Assembly: GCA_035371485.1 (NCBI GenBank)
Contig: DAOOWV010000003.1
Location: 1 to 53,449 of the forward strand
Direction: 5' to 3'
DNA: 53,449 bases
DNA from: Candidatus Dojkabacteria bacterium
GTDB taxonomy: Bacteria > Patescibacteriota > Dojkabacteria > JAFGLO01
The translations under genes were made by a program, and so were the position numbers. Positions 26,372 to 33,667 of the stretch are shown piece by piece (positions within the stretch are counted from its first letter, which is position 1; the number at the start of each line of letters is the position of its first letter). Below the pieces are notes generated by a model. It saw only the letters and a list, made by a program, of their open reading frames with translations, searched no databases and was not told where the DNA came from.

Positions 26372-28765
26372 ATGGAAACAGAAATCCTAACAACAGCAAT
26401 AACTGTACTTTCAATATCACTTTCCGTCACTTTTTTAGTCTTTTTTATACTCGCAACCATCCGTTTTATCTCAAGACAAAAAATTAAAAACAATCGTAAA
26501 AATTTAAAACTTCTTAAAGTAACATTGCCTAGATATCCAAGACCCCTTGATTCCTTAACAGAAAAAGTCCAAAAAGAACAAATAAATGAACAATCTGCCG
26601 AACAAATGTTTTCTGAACTTCGTGGAATTGTACCTGATGATTTGAGAAGATTCTTCAGATATGGGGAGACTATATCTATGGAAATCGTAGCAACAGCCGA
26701 AAGCATTTCTTTTTTTATTTACTGTTCACCTGAATTCAAAGATTCACTTAAACGAACAATATATGGTACACATCCTGAAGCAGAAATAGTGGAAGTAAAC
26801 GACTATTTTGACGAGTTTACAAAAGATCCCTTTGTTTATGGATACATAAGACTTGCAGGACCAGCATATGCCCCAATTCGAACTTATGAAACATTAGGTG
26901 GTGACACACTAAATACTTTATTAGCTAAACTCACAGATCTACACGGAAAAGAGAAAATTGCCATTCAATTTTACAGTACTCCTGTAGGCGATTCATGGAG
27001 ATCAAGTGCCCATTCTGCATTGAGAACAGCAACACAAACTGCCGGAGATATTAATAATACAGTATTATCCGGAGGACAAGATAGATCAATAATCGATAAT
27101 GAACTATATTCCGGAATTGAGAAGAAGATGTCAAAAAAAGGATTTCTAACTGGTATAAGAATAATTTCTGTAGCCGAAAATAAACAGACTGCAACGACAA
27201 ATTTACAAAGTGTGGGTAAGGTTTTTGCACAATATGAACTTCCTCCTATGACACAATTTGAAACAACAATGTACAAAATTAATACTTTTAATTTCCTTCG
27301 TGACTTTAAATTAAGAATAAAACCATTTTTTGATCTACCAATATATAGACAACAATTTATAACCAATACAGCCGAACTTGCTACCTTATTTCACCTCCCA
27401 AGTGTAGAAGTGCGAATTCCTAAGTTAGAATGGCAGAGATACAAAAAAGAGCCTGCTCCAGCCGATATCCCTCAAGAAGGGTTATTTTTGGGATACAATA
27501 CCTATAGGGGTGAACGTAAAAAAATATTTATAAAAGAAGATGACAGACGAAGACATTTCTACATAATAGGACAAACCGGTGTTGGTAAATCAGAATATAT
27601 GAAACAGATGTTCTTACAGGATGTATATTCTGGAAAAGGATGTTGTTTCATTGATCCACATGGAGATGTCGCCGAAGATATACTCTTTAAAATCCCAGGA
27701 CATCGCAAAAATGATGTTGTGTATTGGGATCCGGGAGATACACAATACCCTATGGGTCTAAACATAATGGATGTTGAAGGTGATGAAGCCAAAAATATAA
27801 TAATAAACTCATTCATTGATTTACTTTACAAACTATATGACCCAAATAGAGTTGGAATGATGGGACCAATGCTTGAGAGAACAATAAGAAATGTAATGCT
27901 TACCGCAATGGAGGAGCCCGGATCGACATTGATTGAGGCATTAAGACTGATTACAAACCCAGAATATGCCAAAACGAAAATACCAAATATAAAAGATCCA
28001 ATTGTAAAAACCTACTGGACAGAGCAGATGGCACAAACAACCGACTTTCATAGATCTGAAGCATTAGGATATTACGTTTCAAAATTTGATCGTTCTATAA
28101 CAGATAAAACAATAAGAAATATAATTGGGCAATCGAAATCAAGTTTCAATTTTAGACAGATAATGGATGAACAAAAAATATTGATAGTTAATCTTTCAAA
28201 GGGTTCTCTTGGAATTGAAAACATGACATTTCTGGGAATGGTTCTTATCCCAAGGATATTAGTTTCAGCAATGAGTAGAGCAAATATACCCGAACCAGAA
28301 AGAAAAGATTTTTATCTATATGTCGACGAGTTCCAAAATTTCACTACTAATGATTTTGTATCTATATTGTCTGAGGCAAGAAAATATAGATTATCACTTG
28401 TAATGGGAAACCAATATATCAGTCAAATCAGAGAAGATATTAGAAATGCAATATTCGGTAACGTAGGGACATTGGGTGCTTTCAGAGTAGGAATTGATGA
28501 TGCAAAATATTTAGCCCCATTTTATCATCCAATTGTTAATGAATTTGATTTGTCTAATAATGCAATTGGTAATATGTATATAAAATTACTCGTTGAGGGA
28601 AGACCAAGTGAAGCATTTACTGTAGCCTACGATTGGAATGAAATACAAGCTATCCCAAGAAACGAACAGATTGCAAATGATATTATTGCAAGAACAAGAA
28701 GAGATATCGCAAAGGAAAAATCATTAGTTGAGCAAGAGATCGTTACAAGAGCAAACCTTATTTAA
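26372..28765 (+). CDS. TraD/TraG/VirD4-like type IV coupling ATPase (FtsK/HerA superfamily) with long N-terminal domain
   Basis: N-terminal TM helix ITVLSISLSVTFLVFFILATIRFI. Walker A GQTGVGKS followed by CCFIDPHGD (compare TrwB GATGTGKS...VDPNGD). Walker B FYLYVDEFQNF, then RKYRLSLVMGNQYISQI. About 380 aa precede the P-loop. Confidence 0.7.
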   Translation: METEILTTAITVLSISLSVTFLVFFILATIRFISRQKIKNNRKNLKLLKVTLPRYPRPLDSLTEKVQKEQINEQSAEQMFSELRGIVPDDLRRFFRYGETISMEIVATAESISFFIYCSPEFKDSLKRTIYGTHPEAEIVEVNDYFDEFTKDPFVYGYIRLAGPAYAPIRTYETLGGDTLNTLLAKLTDLHGKEKIAIQFYSTPVGDSWRSSAHSALRTATQTAGDINNTVLSGGQDRSIIDNELYSGIEKKMSKKGFLTGIRIISVAENKQTATTNLQSVGKVFAQYELPPMTQFETTMYKINTFNFLRDFKLRIKPFFDLPIYRQQFITNTAELATLFHLPSVEVRIPKLEWQRYKKEPAPADIPQEGLFLGYNTYRGERKKIFIKEDDRRRHFYIIGQTGVGKSEYMKQMFLQDVYSGKGCCFIDPHGDVAEDILFKIPGHRKNDVVYWDPGDTQYPMGLNIMDVEGDEAKNIIINSFIDLLYKLYDPNRVGMMGPMLERTIRNVMLTAMEEPGSTLIEALRLITNPEYAKTKIPNIKDPIVKTYWTEQMAQTTDFHRSEALGYYVSKFDRSITDKTIRNIIGQSKSSFNFRQIMDEQKILIVNLSKGSLGIENMTFLGMVLIPRILVSAMSRANIPEPERKDFYLYVDEFQNFTTNDFVSILSEARKYRLSLVMGNQYISQIREDIRNAIFGNVGTLGAFRVGIDDAKYLAPFYHPIVNEFDLSNNAIGNMYIKLLVEGRPSEAFTVAYDWNEIQAIPRNEQIANDIIARTRRDIAKEKSLVEQEIVTRANLI

Positions 28766-28800
28766 GTGATAACTGATAAGTAATAGGTGATAAGGGATAT
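28766..28800. repeat. degenerate heptamer array, 5 units
   Basis: GTGATAA CTGATAA GTAATAG GTGATAA GGGATAT, immediately after the ATPase stop codon. Same family as 15481-15515. Confidence 0.75.
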
Positions 28801-28925
28801 TATTTATTGGTGCTGGGATATGAAATTGGTCACTAATCATTGAGAGCTATCAGATAAACTCTTGACTTTTCTAACAAAATGTAATAGACTATTTTAGTCG
28901 GTATATAATATAATAAAATATCGTT

Positions 28926-29531
28926 ATGAATCTTGGAGAATTTGGACGAAAAATAGAAAGCGGTGCAAGTAATGCTTGGGAATTTGCAAAAAAAGTCCCA
29001 GGTAATGTCGCAGAGGCCGTAAAAGAAGTTCCTGAAAAGGCACTGGAATTATGGCATAATCTAGGTGACAAAATTGAGAGATTAGGTAATTCAACTGCGG
29101 TCGAACACATTAAAGACACTGGAGAAACAGCTGGAAGAATATTGGGAGTTATTGTTGATGAAGGTAAGAAAAACTTTACTAATGAAGGTCTTGCAAAACT
29201 TGTTCCAGCTGCAGCAGTTTTATCAAGAGTTGCAAGAGGTACCTTAGGAGTAAGAAATGGTGGATTGATAGACAGAGGAGTTGGTGCATTAGAAACTGGA
29301 TTGGCTATAGCCGCAAACTGGAAAGAACACAAAGCAATCGCCTTGGCAACGTTAGTTACTGCATTTACTCCAAGAATATTCAGATTTGGAATAAGAGCCA
29401 TCGATGTTGCAGCTACCTTAAGAGCTATAAAGGATATGAACAGATTTATAGGTGGAGTTTCTGAAAGAAAAGACGAATTTAAAGCACCTGGTACAGCCCC
29501 AGCCGTAGAGGTTTCACCACCAGAAGCATAG
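28926..29531 (+). CDS. hypothetical protein (201 aa), amphipathic N-terminus and Gly/Ala-rich hydrophobic core
   Basis: Plus-strand ORF chosen over the antisense 28889..29557 ORF because of operon context and composition. GASNAWEFAKKV resembles GAANAWFSERL at the C-terminus of 25646..26292. Confidence 0.55.
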   Translation: MNLGEFGRKIESGASNAWEFAKKVPGNVAEAVKEVPEKALELWHNLGDKIERLGNSTAVEHIKDTGETAGRILGVIVDEGKKNFTNEGLAKLVPAAAVLSRVARGTLGVRNGGLIDRGVGALETGLAIAANWKEHKAIALATLVTAFTPRIFRFGIRAIDVAATLRAIKDMNRFIGGVSERKDEFKAPGTAPAVEVSPPEA

Positions 29532-29581
29532 AAATTTGAAAATTTAAAACCGAACAATATTTTATTTAATTAAAAAAATAT

Positions 29582-29905
29582 ATGACCAGTAGAGAACAGT
29601 TCATTAAAACCGTACTGTCAACTACCCTCTTTACTGACGAAGAGAAAGTAAAGATTGTTGACGCAGTAGATTCTTTAAGTGAAGAAGCTCGTGCAAAAAT
29701 TGTTGAAGAAATTGAAGGTTATAATGCACGAACAAAAGAAAGAGTAGCAAAGTACAACACCGCAGTTAAAGAAGAATTTGCAAAATATAGAGAAGAACTT
29801 AAAAATATACCTGAGATTGCTGAAAAAGATATTGATATTGCAAACGCCACTTCTCAAGTATTAGAAGATGCAATAACTAAGGCAACTAGTGACTTAGTTT
29901 CCTAA
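29582..29905 (+). CDS. hypothetical small acidic helical protein (island family)
   Basis: 107 aa. TLFTDEEKVKIVDAVDSLSEEARAK aligns with 20103..20423 and 22305..22646. Confidence 0.65.
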   Translation: MTSREQFIKTVLSTTLFTDEEKVKIVDAVDSLSEEARAKIVEEIEGYNARTKERVAKYNTAVKEEFAKYREELKNIPEIAEKDIDIANATSQVLEDAITKATSDLVS

Positions 29906-29914
29906 TTAACAGAA

Positions 29915-30742
29915 ATGACACTGCTAAAGCCGGAAACACTTGAGGACACTGATAGCGAATCTGGACAAACATTTTCTTTTGCACAAGAAACTAACTCTCC
30001 AGCCAGAACTAAACCTCAAAAAACTGAAGATGATATACCTCCTTTACCTGAGTTAGGTGCCGAGACTCTAAAAAATGTTTCAGAAATTCAAGAAGATCTT
30101 ATAGTTGAAGATGCTCAAGACAAACAAGAGACAAAGAAAGGTATTCTTACACATTTAGACACTATGATTAGAGGCCGTAAGTTGACTTTAGATAGAGCAA
30201 TTCTCGATTTAATGATTGCCTTAAGCATCGGAACTGCTGGAGCTATTGGAGACAATGTCGCCCTATTTGATAAGGTTCCATGGCTTGGTATTGTTCTAGA
30301 ATTCGTGAGTGATCAGGGGCTTAAATGGGTAGCCAATGAGTTTGACGAGAAAGTTAGAGATTTAGTTTCAAAGGTTGCAAATAAAGATTATAGAACTAAC
30401 AAACCTTTTATCGGTGGAACCGCAAATTTGGTTTCGGAGGGAATTGGGCTTGGAACTAAGGCACTAGTCGCGCTTGGGTTTATACCTGCTGGAGCTATTG
30501 GAGATTTTGTAAACCCTGCAACTGTACAAGCAGTTCTTGAATTTGGAAAATATACGCCAATTATAGGAGCAGTTGTTGAAAGGGGAGTTAATACTTCAGA
30601 TAAACTTATTGGTAGAGTTACAGGTCTAATTGGTGAAATTTTTGGCAAAGTTGAAGAAGAAAAACCTGGATTCAGTTTTGATAATTTTTCTAAATGGTGG
30701 GATCAAAAATTGCAAGAAGGCGTGGTTTTTAGTCCAGTATAA
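29915..30742 (+). CDS. hypothetical protein, acidic disordered N-terminus and Gly-rich hydrophobic C-terminal half (275 aa)
   Basis: N-terminal ~75 aa are Glu/Asp/Thr/Pro-rich. Then LDLMIALSIGTAGAIGDNV and GIGLGTKALVALGFIPAGAIGDFV. Starts MTLLKP, as the 1003-aa ORF starts MTLMNP. Confidence 0.65.
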   Translation: MTLLKPETLEDTDSESGQTFSFAQETNSPARTKPQKTEDDIPPLPELGAETLKNVSEIQEDLIVEDAQDKQETKKGILTHLDTMIRGRKLTLDRAILDLMIALSIGTAGAIGDNVALFDKVPWLGIVLEFVSDQGLKWVANEFDEKVRDLVSKVANKDYRTNKPFIGGTANLVSEGIGLGTKALVALGFIPAGAIGDFVNPATVQAVLEFGKYTPIIGAVVERGVNTSDKLIGRVTGLIGEIFGKVEEEKPGFSFDNFSKWWDQKLQEGVVFSPV

Positions 30743-30759
30743 GTTTAAATTTCAGAATT

Positions 30760-31044
30760 ATGGAAAGACCTGATCCTTTTGAGACAAGACCTCCAAGGGG
30801 TGGACTTAAACTCACATTTGAATCAGATAAAAAAGAAAAACCTGCAGAAGTTGAGTATATCCAACATCCTATTTCAAGAGAGGCGTATGAAGCCCAAAGT
30901 CCTGAGAATCAAATATTAAAAAGATACATTGAGATAGATGGAGGTAAAGTTCCCATAGAATTGATGACTGGTACTAGAAAAAACCAAGCGGTGAAGAAGA
31001 AGGTTATTTTTTTATGGGAGTCAAGTTTGAAGATGGTGCCGTAG
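30760..31044 (+). CDS. hypothetical protein (94 aa), 0-frame product upstream of a U_UUU_UUA heptamer
   Basis: ATG-30760. Contains RYIEIDGGKVPIE. The frame ends at TAG 31042-31044 and overlaps the next ORF by 31 nt. Confidence 0.5.
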   Translation: MERPDPFETRPPRGGLKLTFESDKKEKPAEVEYIQHPISREAYEAQSPENQILKRYIEIDGGKVPIELMTGTRKNQAVKKKVIFLWESSLKMVP

Positions 31045-31571
31045 GCACGATTGAAAATGGAACCAAAGATAGGAATGGGAATTTAATATTAGCCACACCA
31101 TCAAATAGTAAAGTAGAAGGTGTTGGCCCAGATCCAGACAGTACTCCTTTCACTATTAGAGAACCAATAATAGAAGAAAATACAGTGGATTATGTTGAAA
31201 TAGATGGACAAAAATATAGGGTTCAAGAAAGACAGGTCCCCAACAACACTCAACCTGTTCCTGGTATTCCTGATAGCCTAAGTCTCACCAAGAGCGAACG
31301 TTATATAGTTACAAAAGACGGACAAGAATTAATAGTTAGAAATAATTTGGAATATAAAGAGGTTTCAAACGGCCCATTTATAAGTGATGCCCCAGAAAAA
31401 AAAGGATTAGTACCTATTTCTGTTCCTGGAGTATTTGATGAAAAAGGTAATTTTCATCCAATCAAAAAAGGCTACTATGATGAAGAAAGAGGGTTACAAC
31501 CTACAAGAAAACAAATACTCGAAGATTTAAAACTAGGAACAGAATTTAAGCTACCAAAATATTCCAAGTAA
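31014..31571 (+). CDS. hypothetical protein (185 aa) in the -1 frame of the preceding ORF
   Basis: ATG-31014 immediately follows the T7 run 31007-31013, with a purine-rich GAAGAAGAAGG upstream. Contains DYVEIDGQKYRVQE, echoing RYIEIDGGKVPIE in the upstream ORF. Confidence 0.55.
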   Translation: MGVKFEDGAVGTIENGTKDRNGNLILATPSNSKVEGVGPDPDSTPFTIREPIIEENTVDYVEIDGQKYRVQERQVPNNTQPVPGIPDSLSLTKSERYIVTKDGQELIVRNNLEYKEVSNGPFISDAPEKKGLVPISVPGVFDEKGNFHPIKKGYYDEERGLQPTRKQILEDLKLGTEFKLPKYSK

Positions 31572-31627
31572 TATCTGTTGATAATTCCTTTTTCCCCTAA
31601 ACCTCCCCAATAACTATTCCACAAATG

Positions 31628-31795
31628 TTATTGAGTAACTTCGATTGTTGAAACACCTGATTTTACAATCTCACCGATTTTATTAACAATCGCTCTTGAA
31701 GGATCAACATTACTGGTACTTGGAGCATCCAAATGTCCACAAATTATAGCATTTTTTGATATTTTACCTGTGGAAATTAAATGTTTAATCAACAT
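31628..31795 (-). CDS. C-terminal fragment of an Amidase_2-type N-acetylmuramoyl-L-alanine amidase, in frame with 31799..32362 across a TGA
   Basis: MLIKHLISTGKISKNAIICGHLDAPSTSNVDPS fits the second half of the amidase_2 fold (I.GH.d....DP). It is the same reading frame as the upstream ORF, separated only by TGA 31799-31801 and one Ala codon. Confidence 0.55.
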   Translation of the reverse strand: MLIKHLISTGKISKNAIICGHLDAPSTSNVDPSRAIVNKIGEIVKSGVSTIEVTQ

Positions 31796-31798
31796 TGC

Positions 31799-32362
31799 TC
31801 ATATCTTAACTTGTTGTTCATTGATCGTAGAACCATCTGTAGCATCAGGATATCCATTTTCATTTGTGTCAACATAAGTTCCAGAGATTTCAATTGAAAC
31901 TGTCTTTGCACTATTCCATTCAACGTTTGAAGCAACACTATCTACATTTAAGGTGGCATATCCAGGTTCTACAAATTGATACACAACGTTATCCTTGTGA
32001 ACCAAATAGTTAGTACAAGCATAATCCTCTGAATACAAAAATCTATTTACAACTGGATCTAGAGACTCTGCGGTAGTCCAATGAAGCACCACCCTTTCAG
32101 CTGGCTCTTCTGAATGCCAATATTTATTTACATCAGAAGCCTCCACACCGCCATTAGGAAAATAAGTTCCAATCATCCAGTTTCTATACGCTGTACGTGG
32201 AGATTCTTCATCCTTAAACCATTGCGTCATATCATATTTTTTAGAAATTTCAAGGTTATCTTCTCCTACTTCAAATAATTCTTGGACCATTTCTTCAAGA
32301 GTATCTCGTACCCCAACAGTTCCTTTTAGCCACTCATTACTATCACTATTTATCCTTTTCAC
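31799..32362 (-). CDS. N-terminal part of an Amidase_2-type peptidoglycan amidase, ending at an in-frame TGA
   Basis: RVVLHWTTAES...CTNYLVHKDNVVYQFVEPGYAT fits the amidase_2 pattern (ivlHhTa....hyli..dG.iyq.v). GTG start at 32362. The domain is truncated by the TGA. Confidence 0.55.
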   Translation of the reverse strand: MKRINSDSNEWLKGTVGVRDTLEEMVQELFEVGEDNLEISKKYDMTQWFKDEESPRTAYRNWMIGTYFPNGGVEASDVNKYWHSEEPAERVVLHWTTAESLDPVVNRFLYSEDYACTNYLVHKDNVVYQFVEPGYATLNVDSVASNVEWNSAKTVSIEISGTYVDTNENGYPDATDGSTINEQQVKI

Positions 32363-32373
32363 CTCTGAAACTT

Positions 32374-32976
32374 CTATATCGCTACTCCCGGAAAAAATGA
32401 ATTTTTACGGCCTTTCATTAGCAACAATGCCACGTTAGGTGGAATTGGTATATGTGAATACTCTTGAGCTACCCTCACAATTTCATCACTTTTTATATTT
32501 TTACTAAAATCAAACAATATTTCTACAATAGCCTTATCATCGTAACCTTTAGCATGAAGCTCACGAGCAATATGCGGATAATCTAATTGAGCTCTAAACA
32601 GATCCCAATAAAGCTGTATTTGTTTTCCTTTTGATTCTCCATATACTTTCTCCAAGTCCTCATACGTATCGACAACGTTACGTCCGCCATTATACATCGC
32701 AGCCACTCGAATCAGAACGATTGGATGATTTGGATATTTATCAATAAAATCATCTCCATACGACTCACGAACCAATTTACGTGCCTGATTTAGACAATCC
32801 TCCATAACGTCAAGCACATATGGCAAATTATTTTCAAACTTGCTTAAATTTGCAACAAGATTGGAATCTTTATTTGCCAAAACATAATACCACTTTAATA
32901 ATCCCTCAACATTTAGCCATTGACGAGGAGTTGGGTTATTCTCGGAAACAATCCATACTCTTGAATCAAGACTCAA
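32374..32976 (-). CDS. hypothetical protein with an SLT-like C-terminal motif (IRVAAMYNGGRNVV)
   Basis: TTG start in the track. The frame is open 18 codons further upstream (KYNSAARWFLADARYLST) to TAA 33031-33033, with no start codon there. AAMYNGG resembles the aaYNaG motif of lytic transglycosylases. Confidence 0.45.
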   Translation of the reverse strand: MSLDSRVWIVSENNPTPRQWLNVEGLLKWYYVLANKDSNLVANLSKFENNLPYVLDVMEDCLNQARKLVRESYGDDFIDKYPNHPIVLIRVAAMYNGGRNVVDTYEDLEKVYGESKGKQIQLYWDLFRAQLDYPHIARELHAKGYDDKAIVEILFDFSKNIKSDEIVRVAQEYSHIPIPPNVALLLMKGRKNSFFPGVAI

Positions 32977-33050
32977 AGTAGAAAGATATCTGGCATCAGC
33001 TAAGAACCATCGGGCTGCACTATTGTATTTTTACTTGAAGCAGGCAATAA

Positions 33051-33584
33051 CTACATCAGTTTAATAAGTGCATTGCCCCTATTAAAAGCACTCTGTTCAC
33101 TATTGTCATTTAATAACATATTTAATTCATTCTGCTCTGAATTATTCCCCAATTTAATAAAATCACCAGTCGAAACATTAAAAGGCATAACTTGCCATGG
33201 CCCACATGCTCCACTGTTATTGGATTTTATTGGAATCAAACCACTTTCAGGCATACCAATTGACATAACAAAATCTATAGGAATTCCACGACTGTTTAAT
33301 TGATCTACTACTGATTCAGTCATCCTTGATCTTACCCATGGACTAAAAGCAACAGGAACATACTTATTAGCTTCAGAAACATCATTTGAATAATATGACC
33401 TCCCAACATTTTTTAATGCATCATAACCTTCATACCCATAATTAAATGGAACATCTAAAGTCAAACCGTTGGAAACTGCTAATACTTCATCTAAACTTAC
33501 TTCCTTTTTGGTTTCTACAAACGGCTCTTCTTCAACAACTTCTGGACTTTCATCACTTGGCCCATCTTCACCTTCTTCAATCAT
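33051..33584 (-). CDS. lytic transglycosylase (SLT domain)-like protein with acidic N-terminus
   Basis: SIGMPESGLIPIKSNNSGACGPWQVMPFN matches the SLT catalytic region (ES...S.aGA.GlmQvmP). The N-terminal ~30 aa are acidic. No signal peptide is visible. Confidence 0.6.
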   Translation of the reverse strand: MIEEGEDGPSDESPEVVEEEPFVETKKEVSLDEVLAVSNGLTLDVPFNYGYEGYDALKNVGRSYYSNDVSEANKYVPVAFSPWVRSRMTESVVDQLNSRGIPIDFVMSIGMPESGLIPIKSNNSGACGPWQVMPFNVSTGDFIKLGNNSEQNELNMLLNDNSEQSAFNRGNALIKLM

Positions 33585-33667
33585 TTTGTCATCTTTTGTT
33601 CCACCAAGTCGAGTTAAATCATCAGAAAGAGGTTCTTTGGAAACTGGAGTAACCCCATCCTCTGGAA

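Noticed and set aside
28889-29557. 222-aa minus-strand ORF fully overlapping the 201-aa plus-strand ORF
   Set aside because: Its Ser/Pro/Leu/Thr/Ala-rich composition is what the antisense of a Lys/Glu/Gly/Ala-rich gene produces. The plus ORF fits the operon following the ATPase. I cannot exclude the alternative without homology data.
31799-31801. Alternative genetic code (TGA as Gly or Trp) to explain the in-frame TGAs in the amidase and the pilin leader
   Set aside because: Multi-kb ORFs (dnaE, the 1003-aa ORF, the ATPase) are intact under the standard code. TGA terminates efp exactly at its expected C-terminus, and also ends 1297..2007 and 2473..3129. Global recoding is therefore unlikely; only local readthrough or mutation remains possible.
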